The notes under the pieces are model-generated. The model had not been told where the DNA came from. It was given only the letters and a program-made list of their open reading frames with translations, and did not search any database. Both the position numbers and the translations under genes were made by a program. Positions 1 through 10,374 of a stretch of 64,000 nucleotides of DNA are shown piece by piece. Each line of letters starts with the position of its first letter. The first letter of the stretch is position 1. Source of the stretch: a phage; the sequence record PZ445429.1; one strand, 5' to 3'.

Positions 1-1531
1 CATAGGAAATGCACCCACCAGAAGCAATAGGAGTAAAGTTAGACTCATAATCAAACTTCACATTTGGAGCAACCTTACGTTCTACATCAAGGTGATGGGA
101 ATTAGTGTAATATCCTTTAGCCAGAATATCTTCATGCTCTGGGAAATACTCACGGTCTAGGCGACAGAAGCGATCACATAGAGATTCAGATGGTGTAGCA
201 TACAGACTATACCCTAATTGAGTCTCTTCCTTCTTCTGATCAGCACGATCACGCATGTATTGTAGCACACGTTGAACGAACTTGATACAAGACTCAGACA
301 TTGTATCTACATCTTTACCAAACATGAGTTGCAACATTTCGTGGCAGCCAATATATCCTAGGGATACAGAAGCACGCTTGTAGAAATGATCAAATACATA
401 TTCATCTGGCCCCAGACGTAATCCAAAGGCTCCTGACATATAGAGGATGGGCGCAGCTTTAGCTTGAATGTATTTTAAGCGATCAACTCTCCACTCCAAT
501 GCTTTTAACGCGGTATCCACACGCAGCTCAAGCAGATCGAAGAATAGATCAATATTTCCTTCCGCTTCGATAGCGATTCGAGGAAGGTTTACGGAAACAA
601 CGCCTAAGTTGTTACGACCAGAAGTTTCACCATCTTCCGCAGCAGCCAGGAATGAACGACAGCCCATAGAGACTTTGTAGCCCCCCGTAACTTCTACAAC
701 CTTATCATAACTGATGTAGTCAGGATACATACGTTCAGCAGTACATTTCATAGCTAACTTCTTGATATCATAGTTAACATCACCAGGTTTCATGTTTACG
801 CCCTCACGCAAAACAAATACCAGTTTAGGGAAGATAGCTGTACGTTTATTGATACCCAAACCATCCATACGTACTTCTAGTATTGCTTTCTGTACAAGAC
901 GTGCTTCCCAAGAAGTTCCTAGACCAAAACCAAAGGTAATAAACGGACTTTGACCATTAGAGTTGAACATCGTATTGATTTCATACTCCAGGCCCTGACA
1001 GGCATCGTAAACTTCTTTCTCAGTCATTTCCGTAGCCATTACAGATGCTTTAGCTTCATCCTTAGTCCAGCGCTTTGCAAACGCATGATTCTTATCATAA
1101 GACTTACGAACATAAGGAGCCAATACTTCATCTAATCGGTCCACAGAAGTACCCCCATATTGATGTGAACTAACCTGAGTGATAATCTGAGCTGTGATAG
1201 CAGCCGCAGTAGTAATAGAGTTTGGTGTACTGATTTCAGCATTACCAACCTTCATACCATTCTTCAACATATCTTCCAAAGCAACCAGGCAACAGTTAGT
1301 CATACCTAACGCAGCGTAATCAGCATCATGGAAGTGAATATCACCAATCATGTGAGCATTTCGAATCTGGATTGGCATTTCTTCCAGAATCAGATATTTA
1401 CTCAATTCCCCTGCAAGCATATCCCTTTGTGTAGGGAAACGTTCTGAGGGCTTATTGGCATTATTAAACAGCAGCTCTTCATCTGCTGAACCTTCGATAA
1501 TTTCTTTGCAGTTTCGAATCAAGGACTGCAT
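1..1531 (-). CDS. nrdD: anaerobic ribonucleoside-triphosphate reductase (class III RNR), N-terminal ~510 codons; 3' end runs off the window
   Basis: Minus-strand translation from ATG at 1531 gives NANKPSERFPTQRD, GDIHFHD, HQYGGT, NLGVVSVNLPRIA, SMGCRSFL, SLGYIG, GYYTNS motifs; frame open to position 1. Confidence 0.85.
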   Translation of the reverse strand, partial: MQSLIRNCKEIIEGSADEELLFNNANKPSERFPTQRDMLAGELSKYLILEEMPIQIRNAHMIGDIHFHDADYAALGMTNCCLVALEDMLKNGMKVGNAEISTPNSITTAAAITAQIITQVSSHQYGGTSVDRLDEVLAPYVRKSYDKNHAFAKRWTKDEAKASVMATEMTEKEVYDACQGLEYEINTMFNSNGQSPFITFGFGLGTSWEARLVQKAILEVRMDGLGINKRTAIFPKLVFVLREGVNMKPGDVNYDIKKLAMKCTAERMYPDYISYDKVVEVTGGYKVSMGCRSFLAAAEDGETSGRNNLGVVSVNLPRIAIEAEGNIDLFFDLLELRVDTALKALEWRVDRLKYIQAKAAPILYMSGAFGLRLGPDEYVFDHFYKRASVSLGYIGCHEMLQLMFGKDVDTMSESCIKFVQRVLQYMRDRADQKKEETQLGYSLYATPSESLCDRFCRLDREYFPEHEDILAKGYYTNSHHLDVERKVAPNVKFDYESNFTPIASGGCISY

Positions 1532-1813
1532 TCCTTTATACTTTAGTTCTTCATTGCGATTCATTATACCCTCCTTCTCTAACTAAGACTACTATTATAA
1601 CTCATTCGAAGGCGGATGTCAACAATATTTTACTATAAAGTTCTGTAACATGATCTGAGTCAAAAAATTTTATTTGCCAACCTCTACTAAAAATAGTATA
1701 ATCACGCATCCGTGTACGCGATATAAAATGATTATCTAGTACCATACATCTCCCAATAAAAGCAAGCAAATTTTTTATTTAAATGCAATATCATAGGCTT
1801 ATTTAAAATTGTA

Positions 1814-1842
1814 GTTGCTTTCTCCCGTATATATTGGTATAA
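1814..1842 (+). promoter_or_regulatory. early promoter, TTGCTT-N17-TATAAT family (phoH)
   Basis: TTGCTT ... GGTATAATA upstream of phoH; divergent nrdD promoter region 1563-1800 is AT-rich. Confidence 0.5.
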
Positions 1843-1916
1843 TATATTTGTAAGTTGATAAACAAGATCTTTTTGTTGATCCTCTGTTAGCGAAGTACAC
1901 TATAGGAGTGTTATTT

Positions 1917-2669
1917 ATGGGAAAAGCACGTCAAAAAAGAGAGAACCGCAATGGTTCAAGAAAGCGTGGCAACAAGTATGAGAGTAACGTAATTCAAGCA
2001 GATTTCTCTGGTGATTACGCCAATCCAGTTGCTAAATCCCTAGTTGGTAAAAACCGTGAGCAAAAATCATATATCAATATGATCAAGAACAACACAGTGA
2101 CTGTGGGTATTGGTGAACCAGGTACTGGTAAAACCTTTATTCCGTCCGTTCTTGCAGCTCAGGAACTCGTAGACATTCACTCAGATATTGAGCAAGTGAT
2201 CCTCGTGCGTCCGAACGAACCTCTAGGTAAATCTCTTGGTATGCTCCCAGGTGATCTGGCAGAAAAGCTAGAGCCTTGGTTGGAACCAATAGCCGATGGC
2301 ATGAAATGGGCAATCGGTGATCACGCCTACAAAGGATATGTCGAACGTCAGAAAATTAAATTCCTGGCTATCGAACATGCCCGTGGCCGAACTTTCAACA
2401 ACTCCTATGTAATTGTCGATGAAGCTCAGAATATCTCCGTTGAAGCAATGATCTGTCTTTTGACCCGTGTAGGACAAGATTGTCGTTTAATTATCTGTGG
2501 AGATATAGCTCAGAAAGACATCAAGGGTGATTCAGGTCTAGCACTTCTTATGGAAGTCTATGAGAAGTACGAAAACTCTCCTTTCTCTATGATCGAACTG
2601 ATCGACAACGTTCGCTCACCAGAGTCTAAAGCATTCTACGATATCTTTAAGGATATGGGGAAGGTGTAA
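1917..2669 (+). CDS. phoH: PhoH-like ATPase
   Basis: Walker A GIGEPGTGKTF, Walker B VIVDEAQN; RBS AGGAG before ATG 1917 (track ORF starts at GTG 1908). Confidence 0.85.
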   Translation: MGKARQKRENRNGSRKRGNKYESNVIQADFSGDYANPVAKSLVGKNREQKSYINMIKNNTVTVGIGEPGTGKTFIPSVLAAQELVDIHSDIEQVILVRPNEPLGKSLGMLPGDLAEKLEPWLEPIADGMKWAIGDHAYKGYVERQKIKFLAIEHARGRTFNNSYVIVDEAQNISVEAMICLLTRVGQDCRLIICGDIAQKDIKGDSGLALLMEVYEKYENSPFSMIELIDNVRSPESKAFYDIFKDMGKV

Positions 2670-2670
2670 T

Positions 2671-2913
2671 ATGGGAAACGTCGTACATCTGCACCGCAAA
2701 ACTAAGATCCACCGTACTTCATTGAGTGCTGCTAATATGATTACACGTAAGGAAGGGGAAGAAAGTCCTAAGACTACCCTAGCGTGGAAAATTGTAGCCT
2801 CTAATCCAAATCGGCCTTTCAACTATAATGAACTGAGTACTTCTATAGACATTCTTATGGCTAAGGAAATACGACAGAAACTAACTGATATGACCGATAA
2901 ACTTAAATGGTAA
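2671..2913 (+). CDS. hypothetical protein (80 aa)
   Basis: ORF directly after phoH, followed by hairpin terminator. Confidence 0.5.
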   Translation: MGNVVHLHRKTKIHRTSLSAANMITRKEGEESPKTTLAWKIVASNPNRPFNYNELSTSIDILMAKEIRQKLTDMTDKLKW

Positions 2914-2919
2914 GACAGA

Positions 2920-2955
2920 CGAGCCTGGGTATGAAAATATCCGGGCTCTTTTTAT
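2920..2955 (+). terminator. rho-independent terminator
   Basis: hairpin GAGCCTGGG...CCGGGCTC then TTTTTAT. Confidence 0.55.
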
Positions 2956-3036
2956 CTGTAAAATTGTACTTGCTAAATGACTGAGAATAAAGTAAACTAT
3001 TTCCTAAATCCTGATAACTACAAAAAGGAAAGCCAA

Positions 3037-5367
3037 ATGAGCCATCGCATCGAAAAAGTAATTAAACGTGACGGTACTGTTCAGGACTTTGCTCCTGAAA
3101 AACTCAATGATTGGGCTGCATGGGCATGTAAAGATACTGACGTAAGTTGGTCTGCCGTAGTTATGGCTGCCCTGAAAAATCTACCCAAAGGTGTTGTAGA
3201 TTCCGATACACTCCAAGATGTGTTAATTAAAGCTGCTGAAGGTCTTATCAAAGACAATCCAGCATATGATACTGTAGCAAAGGAATTACGTCTTGCGCAG
3301 ATGCGTAAACGCCTCTATGATTCCTTCGAACCACCTTCTCTACGTTTCTTCCACGATCATATGGTTCGTGTCGGCGCTTGGGAAGACATGAGTGCATGGA
3401 TTAGCGATGATCAGTTTGACGCTCTGAACCAAGTTATTGATCATGATCGCGATCGTTTATTCACCAGTGGTGGACTGAAACAGTTCTTCGACAAGTATTC
3501 CCGTCGTAATATTGCAACTGGTGAAATTTATGAAACCCCGCAGTTTGCCTACATGGGTATGGCAATGGCGATGCTATCTCAACCTAACTGGACAATTCTC
3601 GATGCAATCGACCTCTACAACGCAATGTCACTCCATAAAATCAACGTGCCGACTCCACCTCTCGTGGGTCTTAGGAGCAGCGACCGCGGTTTTGCTTCTT
3701 GTTGTCTTGTTGATAGTACTGATACCCTCGATTCAATCGACACAGCCGAGCACATCGTCTTCAAAATGGTCGCAGCCAGAGCGGGAATCGGGTATCATCT
3801 TGAAAGCCGATCAATTGCTGATCCGGTGCGAAATGGGGCATTCCCGCATTCCGGAAAACTGCCATATTATCGACACATTGACCGATCAGTAAAAGCTAAC
3901 ACTCAGCAAACCCGTGGTGGTTCTGCTACTGTGTCTTACCCATACTTCGATCCTGAAATCATTCAGTTGATGCAGGTTAAGCAGCAACGTGCTACAGACG
4001 AGAATAAAATCGATAAGATGGATTACTCTCTGAGCTTTAACAACCTTCTGTTAAAACGTTACCTGAAAAATGAAGATATTACGCTAATGTCCTACTTCTA
4101 CGCACCAGAAGTTCATGAAGCGTTTTATGGCGAAGATGAGGCTAAGTTTGAAGAAATCTACGTGGCAGCGGAGAAACGTGTGGCATCTCTTACAAAGATC
4201 GACCACGAAGGAAAAACAATTCCAGCAGCTCCTAGAATCTCTGCAAAAGAAATCCTAGATACTTGGTTACGTATCCGTATGGAAACAGGGCGTATGTATG
4301 CTCATCACATTGGTGAATCTAACCGTCATGGTAACTTCCTTGACCCGATTCGTATGACCAACCTTTGTGTTGAAATTACTCAGCCAACCCGTCCATTCCA
4401 TCACATTACGGAGCTGTATAAGACCCAAGATCAGTTAGACGATATGCGTCCAGAAGATATTGGTGAAGTATCTCTGTGTAACTTAGGTGGTGTTGTACTA
4501 GGTCGTATGGAATCTCTGGCTGAATGGGAGAAAACTTGCTACATTCTTCTGAAATTCGTTGATACAATCATCGAGATTCAGGATTACCCATTCCCAACTA
4601 TGGAGTACACGGCTAAGAAACGTCGTAACGTTGGTATTGGTCTGATGAACGCAGCAGGTGCAATGGCAGCAGAAGGTTTGGCTTACGAAGGTGTTGAAGC
4701 CCGTAACTGGATTCACCGTGAAGCTGAAAAGCTGTCCTACTTCCTACATAAAGCCTCTGTACGTCTGGCTAAAGAACAAGGTGCATGTGACTGGTTTAAT
4801 CGTACTAAGCCTTCGCAAGGAACTCTGGTAATCGACACGTACAAGAAAACTGTTGATGAACTGGTAACTGTAGGTCTAGAAATGGATTGGGAATCTCTGC
4901 GTGCAGATATTCTGAAATATGGTATGCGCAACTCTGTTCTGACTGCTCAGATGCCAGGTGAAAGTTCCTCTGTACTGCTAGGTGTTACTAACTCTATCGA
5001 ACCGCCCCGTAAGATCGTATCTATCAAGGGTAGTGCAGTGAATAAAGTAATTGCAATTGCTCCAGGTGCAACTGATTGGGATACATTAATGAGCTATAAA
5101 CTGGCTTATGATGTAGATCGTATCGAGTGGATCAAATGGGTAGCAACCATGCAGAAATTCTTCAGCCAGTCTATCAGTACGAATATGTACTATGACTACA
5201 CCAAGTTCGAGAATGAAATCATTCCCGGCCCAGTAGTAGTTCGTGACTTTATGACTGCTGTTAAGTACGGTTGGAAAACTTGGTACTACGCTAACTTCAA
5301 CACTGAAAATGGTGGTGGAGCTGGTGAAGAAGCAGCAGGTTGTGCATCAGGTGGTTGTAACCTATAA
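3037..5367 (+). CDS. nrdA: ribonucleoside-diphosphate reductase alpha subunit (class Ia)
   Basis: ATP-cone VIKRDG at N-terminus, catalytic NLCVEI region, C-terminal Cys pair, 776 aa; start moved to ATG 3037 with RBS AAGGAAAG. Confidence 0.95.
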   Translation: MSHRIEKVIKRDGTVQDFAPEKLNDWAAWACKDTDVSWSAVVMAALKNLPKGVVDSDTLQDVLIKAAEGLIKDNPAYDTVAKELRLAQMRKRLYDSFEPPSLRFFHDHMVRVGAWEDMSAWISDDQFDALNQVIDHDRDRLFTSGGLKQFFDKYSRRNIATGEIYETPQFAYMGMAMAMLSQPNWTILDAIDLYNAMSLHKINVPTPPLVGLRSSDRGFASCCLVDSTDTLDSIDTAEHIVFKMVAARAGIGYHLESRSIADPVRNGAFPHSGKLPYYRHIDRSVKANTQQTRGGSATVSYPYFDPEIIQLMQVKQQRATDENKIDKMDYSLSFNNLLLKRYLKNEDITLMSYFYAPEVHEAFYGEDEAKFEEIYVAAEKRVASLTKIDHEGKTIPAAPRISAKEILDTWLRIRMETGRMYAHHIGESNRHGNFLDPIRMTNLCVEITQPTRPFHHITELYKTQDQLDDMRPEDIGEVSLCNLGGVVLGRMESLAEWEKTCYILLKFVDTIIEIQDYPFPTMEYTAKKRRNVGIGLMNAAGAMAAEGLAYEGVEARNWIHREAEKLSYFLHKASVRLAKEQGACDWFNRTKPSQGTLVIDTYKKTVDELVTVGLEMDWESLRADILKYGMRNSVLTAQMPGESSSVLLGVTNSIEPPRKIVSIKGSAVNKVIAIAPGATDWDTLMSYKLAYDVDRIEWIKWVATMQKFFSQSISTNMYYDYTKFENEIIPGPVVVRDFMTAVKYGWKTWYYANFNTENGGGAGEEAAGCASGGCNL

Positions 5368-5376
5368 TAAAAACAA

Positions 5377-5401
5377 GGAGATCTTCGGGTCTCCTTTTTT
5401 C
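5377..5401 (+). terminator. rho-independent terminator after nrdA
   Basis: GGAGATC-TTCG-GGTCTCC then TTTTTTCTTT. Confidence 0.65.
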
Positions 5402-5414
5402 TTTGAAATTTTAC

Positions 5415-5443
5415 TTGCTAATCGCTACCAGATTTGCTATAAT
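5415..5443 (+). promoter_or_regulatory. early promoter TTGCTA-N17-TATAAT (HNH/nrdB unit)
   Basis: exact -35/-10 hexamers with 17-bp spacer. Confidence 0.6.
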
Positions 5444-5467
5444 ATCTCTATATTAAGGAGATATACT

Positions 5468-5986
5468 GTGAAACCTCAACTAACAAAAGAATTTCTAGAG
5501 AAATATCTAGAACTCAGAGAAGATACTCTCTATTGGAAGCCAAGAGAGACTAATAAAGGTGGATTTAATACTAGATTTGCTGGAAAACCTGTAGGAGCCG
5601 TCAATGGAAATGGCTACCTATGCTTCCGACTTAACGTGGAAGGTTATAGATGGGAATTAAGAAATCATGTAGTAATCTTCTGTCTCTATTATGGATATTA
5701 CCCAACTAAGACAGTAGACCATAAAGATACAAATAAACTTAATAACCATCCTTTAAATCTACGAGAATCAACCGATGCTGGTAATGCCCAAAATAGGGGA
5801 GCCGGTAAAAACAATACCCATGGACATAAAAACCTAGAGCCTCTTAGTTCAGGAAACTGGAGGGTTAGGATAACACACAACGGTACTGTTTACAGATCTT
5901 CCGCAATGCCTCTAGAAAAAGCTCTAGAACATAGAGATATTAAACTTAAAGAATTTCATGGCGAATACGCTAATAATGGAGAATAA
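5468..5986 (+). CDS. HNH homing endonuclease (free-standing, between nrdA and nrdB)
   Basis: YYGYYPTKTVDHKDTNKLNNHPLNLRESTDAGNAQNRG HNH motif; own promoter TTGCTA-N17-TATAAT (5415-5443) and RBS AAGGAG before GTG 5468. Confidence 0.75.
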   Translation: MKPQLTKEFLEKYLELREDTLYWKPRETNKGGFNTRFAGKPVGAVNGNGYLCFRLNVEGYRWELRNHVVIFCLYYGYYPTKTVDHKDTNKLNNHPLNLRESTDAGNAQNRGAGKNNTHGHKNLEPLSSGNWRVRITHNGTVYRSSAMPLEKALEHRDIKLKEFHGEYANNGE

Positions 5987-5989
5987 TTA

Positions 5990-7135
5990 ATGACAACCTT
6001 ACTAAATCTGAACTGGAATCCTGATTCTGAAGAGCTATTTCTCGGAGATGCCCTGGGAGTAGCAGACTATGTTCGTGTTGCTCATCCAGAGCTAGAACGA
6101 CTCGCACTATTACAGAGGAGCCAGTTTTGGACTGAAACTGAAATCAGTCTAGAAAGTGACAAAAAGCAATGGCCTAATCTTCCAAGAGAAATACAAGAAA
6201 TCACTCTGCTGAACTTAGCTTGGCAGGTTCAAACAGATTCTTTCATTAGCCGTGCTCCTGAAGCAGCTATTATGCCGCTTGTAAGCCGTCCTGAATTGGA
6301 GGGTATGCTCAAGCAGTGGAGCTACTTCGAAGATCTGCACAGCCGTGCGTATAGTAATATTATTCGTAACGTTCTGACTGATCCAGCAGAATTTATTGAT
6401 TCTGTAACTAAAAACCAAGAAGCATTTGCACGTATCGCAGATTCTGTTGAACTGTTTGATGAATTGTATCTGTTAGGTCAGTATTTCCTTGCAGTACGTG
6501 ATCATCGTGGTGATAATACTTATCCAGAAACTGAGTTCCCTGAAGTTAAACGTGAAACTCAGGCTAAGCTGTTAGATGCTTACTTTGCAATCTACGGTCT
6601 GGAAGCAATGCAGTTCTACGCATCCTTTGCATGTACCTTTGCTCTAGCAGAGAACGATATTCTGCAAGGTATTGCTAAGAACCTGCAATTAATCGCTAAA
6701 GATGAAGCTCTACATACTCAAATGTCTAAAGCTATCATCCAGATTATGTTTCAGCAATTTGATAAAGATCTGGTAGATGAAGCATTAGCTAAAGCACCAA
6801 CACAACTCCTAAAAACTCTGAAAACTGAGATTGAATGGGGTCATTTTATCTTTAAAGGCCGTAGTCTGATTGGTTTGAACGCAGAACTGCTTGAAGAATA
6901 CCTTTACTTTGTAGGACGTAACGCATTTATGCACATTGGTGTAGAATGGCCAAGCCACTTACCTGTAATTACTAAGAACCCTATTCCGTGGATCATGAAC
7001 TGGTTGGATACTACATCTTTACAACCTGCTCCGCAAGAGATTCAGATTGGCGCAGCATATCGTGTAGGTCAAGTCACAGAAACATCTATGGATACTCTGA
7101 AAGATCTTGGCAACGAATTTGAGGGTATGTTCTAA
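5990..7135 (+). CDS. nrdB: ribonucleoside-diphosphate reductase beta subunit
   Basis: 381 aa, di-iron ligand pattern (ENDILQG...EALHTQ), conserved F/Y region. Confidence 0.9.
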   Translation: MTTLLNLNWNPDSEELFLGDALGVADYVRVAHPELERLALLQRSQFWTETEISLESDKKQWPNLPREIQEITLLNLAWQVQTDSFISRAPEAAIMPLVSRPELEGMLKQWSYFEDLHSRAYSNIIRNVLTDPAEFIDSVTKNQEAFARIADSVELFDELYLLGQYFLAVRDHRGDNTYPETEFPEVKRETQAKLLDAYFAIYGLEAMQFYASFACTFALAENDILQGIAKNLQLIAKDEALHTQMSKAIIQIMFQQFDKDLVDEALAKAPTQLLKTLKTEIEWGHFIFKGRSLIGLNAELLEEYLYFVGRNAFMHIGVEWPSHLPVITKNPIPWIMNWLDTTSLQPAPQEIQIGAAYRVGQVTETSMDTLKDLGNEFEGMF

Positions 7136-7665
7136 TGATAGCAGCAATCTATGCAACTGGGCCGAATGGGGAGTTCGGCCTCAATGGTAAACTCCCTTGG
7201 GGTTCTTTCAAAGAAGAACTAGATATCTTCTATGCTACTTTGGATTCTCTAGCACCTGACAATATTATTGTAGGAGCAGGAACTTGGTTAGCATTCCCTG
7301 AGACTCTGCAAAAAAGAATACTAGGAGATTCTGACCTATTTATTTATGCAAATAGACCACTACCTAACTCTGTAGGATCAGCCACACGCATAAGTAATAT
7401 TGGATATAGTCTGCCTGATTTCCTCAAGGAAGAAGTAACTGTAGTATTAGGAGGAGCAACTCTGCTTCTTGAAATGTACGTCAATAATCATCTAGATATG
7501 GCGTATGTATCTACTATTACTTCAGCCACACCATTATCTGCTGATGTACATCTGCATCATCATATTACTTTAACTAATTCAATGGCAACTAGAATGGACT
7601 ATGTGGCAGGACAGAATGCAGATAAAACGCTTTCATTCTTACAAGAATTGGTGATATTTAAATGA
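7135..7665 (+). CDS. frd: dihydrofolate reductase
   Basis: 176 aa, N-terminal [22 protein letters not shown] resembles DHFR I-A-A...G...LPW signature; sits between nrdB and thyA as in T-phages. Confidence 0.7.
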   Translation: MIAAIYATGPNGEFGLNGKLPWGSFKEELDIFYATLDSLAPDNIIVGAGTWLAFPETLQKRILGDSDLFIYANRPLPNSVGSATRISNIGYSLPDFLKEEVTVVLGGATLLLEMYVNNHLDMAYVSTITSATPLSADVHLHHHITLTNSMATRMDYVAGQNADKTLSFLQELVIFK

Positions 7666-8516
7666 AGCAATATATTGAAACTGGAAAACGTATTCTTGAA
7701 GAGGGTGTATGGGTAACGAATCCTAGAACAGGGGTTCGTTGCCTAACCATTATTGATGCAGACTTTACCTTTAACGTAGGAGCAGGAGAACTGCCGCTAG
7801 TAACTACTCGTAAAGCATTTGCTAAACAAGCAATAATGGAAATGATCGGATATCTCCGTGGGTACGACTCAGCAGCACAATTCCGCGCTATTGGTGTTAA
7901 TACATGGAATGCTAATGCAAATGAAAATATTGCCTGGCTAGGTAATCCATTCCGTAAAGGCGAGGATGATATGGGACGAGTCTATGGTGTTCAAGGACGT
8001 CATTGGACTAATTCTGATGGTATGGTATTTGATCAGTTAGCCAAAGTCTATCATAATTTGAAAAGAGGGATTGACGATCGTGGAGAAATTTTAACTTTTT
8101 GGAACCCTGGGGAATTTCGTAAAGGATGCCTACGTCCGTGTATGCATACCCATCAATTCTCTATTTTAGGTGATACACTATACCTAAACTCTTTCCAGAG
8201 GTCTAATGATTTCTTGCTGGGCCAAGTATTTAATATGGTGCAATGCTATGCACTTCTAGCTATTATGGCACAGATTACAGGTCTTAAGCCAGGTATTGCT
8301 CGTCAAAAGATTATTAATCTTCATATCTATGAAGATCAGTATAATGTTCTGATGGAGCACAAGCAATTCGATCGTGAACCTTTTGCACCTCCTACTTTAG
8401 AAATCAATCCAAATATTAGAACTTTGGATGATGTATTAACGTGGGTAAGTAAGGATGATTTTACTGTTCGTGGCTATGAACACCATCCTGCTATTGCATA
8501 TCCATTTACGGTGTAA
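7662..8516 (+). CDS. thyA: thymidylate synthase
   Basis: 284 aa, catalytic RPCMHTHQF and downstream [10 protein letters not shown] regions of ThyA. Confidence 0.8.
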   Translation: MKQYIETGKRILEEGVWVTNPRTGVRCLTIIDADFTFNVGAGELPLVTTRKAFAKQAIMEMIGYLRGYDSAAQFRAIGVNTWNANANENIAWLGNPFRKGEDDMGRVYGVQGRHWTNSDGMVFDQLAKVYHNLKRGIDDRGEILTFWNPGEFRKGCLRPCMHTHQFSILGDTLYLNSFQRSNDFLLGQVFNMVQCYALLAIMAQITGLKPGIARQKIINLHIYEDQYNVLMEHKQFDREPFAPPTLEINPNIRTLDDVLTWVSKDDFTVRGYEHHPAIAYPFTV

Positions 8517-8519
8517 CAT

Positions 8520-8873
8520 ATGTTAATTATACTATTATTTGTCATATTCTTTCTAAAACATTTTATGGCCGATTATCCACTCCAAACACCATATATGCTA
8601 AGAAAGACGCATAAAATAGGGTGGAAACTTCCATTATTAACCCATTCGCTAGTACATGCTGGATTAACATTTGCAATTCTAATCCTATTCACATCACCAG
8701 GAATGTCTATAGCTTTAGCTATTATGGAATTAATTCTACACTTTATTATAGATTATTGGAAAGCACAACGCTGTAAATACGCTATAAGCGATGCTAAGTT
8801 TTGGATAGCTTTAGGATTTGATCAGTTACTGCATTATCTGACATACGCCCTAATAATCTTGATTATAATCTAA
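8520..8873 (+). CDS. small membrane protein (117 aa)
   Basis: 3-4 hydrophobic helices; hairpin terminator at ~8880-8896. Confidence 0.5.
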   Translation: MLIILLFVIFFLKHFMADYPLQTPYMLRKTHKIGWKLPLLTHSLVHAGLTFAILILFTSPGMSIALAIMELILHFIIDYWKAQRCKYAISDAKFWIALGFDQLLHYLTYALIILIII

Positions 8874-8971
8874 TTCAAATAGCCCTTCGGGGCTATTATA
8901 TTTAAATTTCATTTGCTTACTGAGTGAAATTCAAATATAATATACTTCTAATTTGACAGAAGGATTTAATA

Positions 8972-9550
8972 ATGACAGCCATAGTAGCATTTAAATATAA
9001 AGATAAAGTATACTTAGCTGGTGATCGTATGGGTTCTAATGGCTATACGAAACTGCTGGTTAAAAATCCGAAAGTATTCAAAATCTCTGATGATTTGTAC
9101 TTCGGATACACTAGTTCCTTCTACATGGGACAATTACTAGAGCATAGCTTTACTGTACCACCACGTTTAGCAGATATTTCTGATGATAAATATTTATATA
9201 CGGAAATAGTACCTAAATTACGTGATATGTTTAACCAGAAAGATTTTGGCGAAAAGAAAAATGAAAAATATGCTGAACCTAATCTGGGACAATTTATTAT
9301 GCTCTACAAAGGAAGAATCTTTATTTTCCAATCTAATGCTTCTATTCTAGAAGTTGAATATGCCGGTGTAGGCTGTGGAGGAGAAGATGTACTTTCCAGT
9401 ATTCGTACAGGTTTAGCTATTGCGGATTGTCGAGCCACAGATTTAGATGTAGATGATATATTTGAAATCATTGATCTGGCTTTTACGCATTGTGCAGATT
9501 ATATGTGTGGTGTATCTTCTCAACATGATGTTTTAGTAATTGGAGAATAA
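8972..9550 (+). CDS. Ntn-hydrolase, HslV/proteasome-beta-like (putative)
   Basis: N-terminal M-TAIVAFKYKDKVYLAGDRMGS parallels HslV TTIVSVRRNGHVVIAGDGQ (Thr1 nucleophile after Met removal); RBS GAAGGA. Confidence 0.4.
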   Translation: MTAIVAFKYKDKVYLAGDRMGSNGYTKLLVKNPKVFKISDDLYFGYTSSFYMGQLLEHSFTVPPRLADISDDKYLYTEIVPKLRDMFNQKDFGEKKNEKYAEPNLGQFIMLYKGRIFIFQSNASILEVEYAGVGCGGEDVLSSIRTGLAIADCRATDLDVDDIFEIIDLAFTHCADYMCGVSSQHDVLVIGE

Positions 9551-9552
9551 AT

Positions 9553-9822
9553 ATGTCTATTCTTTTATCTGCTTTAGAAGCAAAACAAAATACTATTGCT
9601 AGCATTAAAAAGGAAGTAATTGACCTAGAATCACTTATTGCCGTAGAGATTGACAAAGCTATTAAAGATAAAGAATTTAATTGTCACATCCAGGGATTAA
9701 CTGAATACTCAGAAAACGCTAGAAATAGCGTCATGCAAAAACTTAGCAAACTAGGTTATGTTGTAGAAGCTAAGTATGAACAGCGTGAAGGTTTTTGGCT
9801 TGAAATTGATTGGAGCAAATAA
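9553..9822 (+). CDS. hypothetical protein (89 aa)
   Basis: ORF with RBS, no motif recognised. Confidence 0.45.
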   Translation: MSILLSALEAKQNTIASIKKEVIDLESLIAVEIDKAIKDKEFNCHIQGLTEYSENARNSVMQKLSKLGYVVEAKYEQREGFWLEIDWSK

Positions 9823-10298
9823 TGTCGGTTTTCCACATATATACAGATGGTGCATGTAAAGGCAATCCTGGTTTAGGTGCGTGGGGATTCGTTGTCTATA
9901 ATGATAATGATGATCGTATTGGCTCTAAATCTGGCTTCAGCCCTAAAACTACTAATAACGAAATGGAACTTACTGCAATTGTAGAAGTTCTTCGTTGGTC
10001 TACTAAGAAAGATAATCGTCCAGTAATTATCTACACTGATTCTGCTTACTGCAAAAATGGTATGGAAAGCTGGATGTGGTCTTGGCAGAAGAAAGGCTGG
10101 AAGAAGGGAGATGGTGAAACTCCTCTTAATCTAGAACTCTGGCAAGAAGCATTTAAACTAACTCAACAGTATATTAACTTCCATGATACCAATCCAACCT
10201 TTGTTAAGGTTAAAGGTCACTCAGGTATTCGTGGTAATGAAGAAGTTGATGCTCTATGCAATACTGTAATTACTGAGCAAGAACTTGCTGAGATGTAA
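9822..10298 (+). CDS. rnhA: ribonuclease H
   Basis: YTDGACKGNPGLGAWG ... TNNEMELTAIVEVL ... YTDSAYCKNGM ... VKGHSGIRGNEEVDAL matches RNase HI catalytic DEDD pattern; start at ATG 9822 after RBS GGAG. Confidence 0.85.
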   Translation: MSVFHIYTDGACKGNPGLGAWGFVVYNDNDDRIGSKSGFSPKTTNNEMELTAIVEVLRWSTKKDNRPVIIYTDSAYCKNGMESWMWSWQKKGWKKGDGETPLNLELWQEAFKLTQQYINFHDTNPTFVKVKGHSGIRGNEEVDALCNTVITEQELAEM

Positions 10299-10318
10299 TA
10301 AATAATTTAAAAATTCAC

Positions 10319-10347
10319 TTGCTTAAAGCCCTCGAATTTAGTATAAT
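10319..10347 (+). promoter_or_regulatory. early promoter TTGCTT-N17-TATAAT
   Basis: AAAAATTCACTTGCTT ... GTATAATAT. Confidence 0.65.
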
Positions 10348-10374
10348 ATTCGTATTGAAAGTGAGGAGGGCTTT

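Noticed and set aside
2268-5367. Antisense or alternative-frame ORFs inside phoH and nrdA (2268-2477 minus, 2616-2822 minus, 3512-3892, 4498-4716 minus, 4737-4931 minus)
   Set aside because: Embedded in strongly supported conserved genes; no independent signals
3037-8516. Group I introns in nrdA, nrdB or thyA as in T-even phages
   Set aside because: All three reading frames are continuous with conserved motifs in order; the HNH gene sits between nrdA and nrdB, not within an intron
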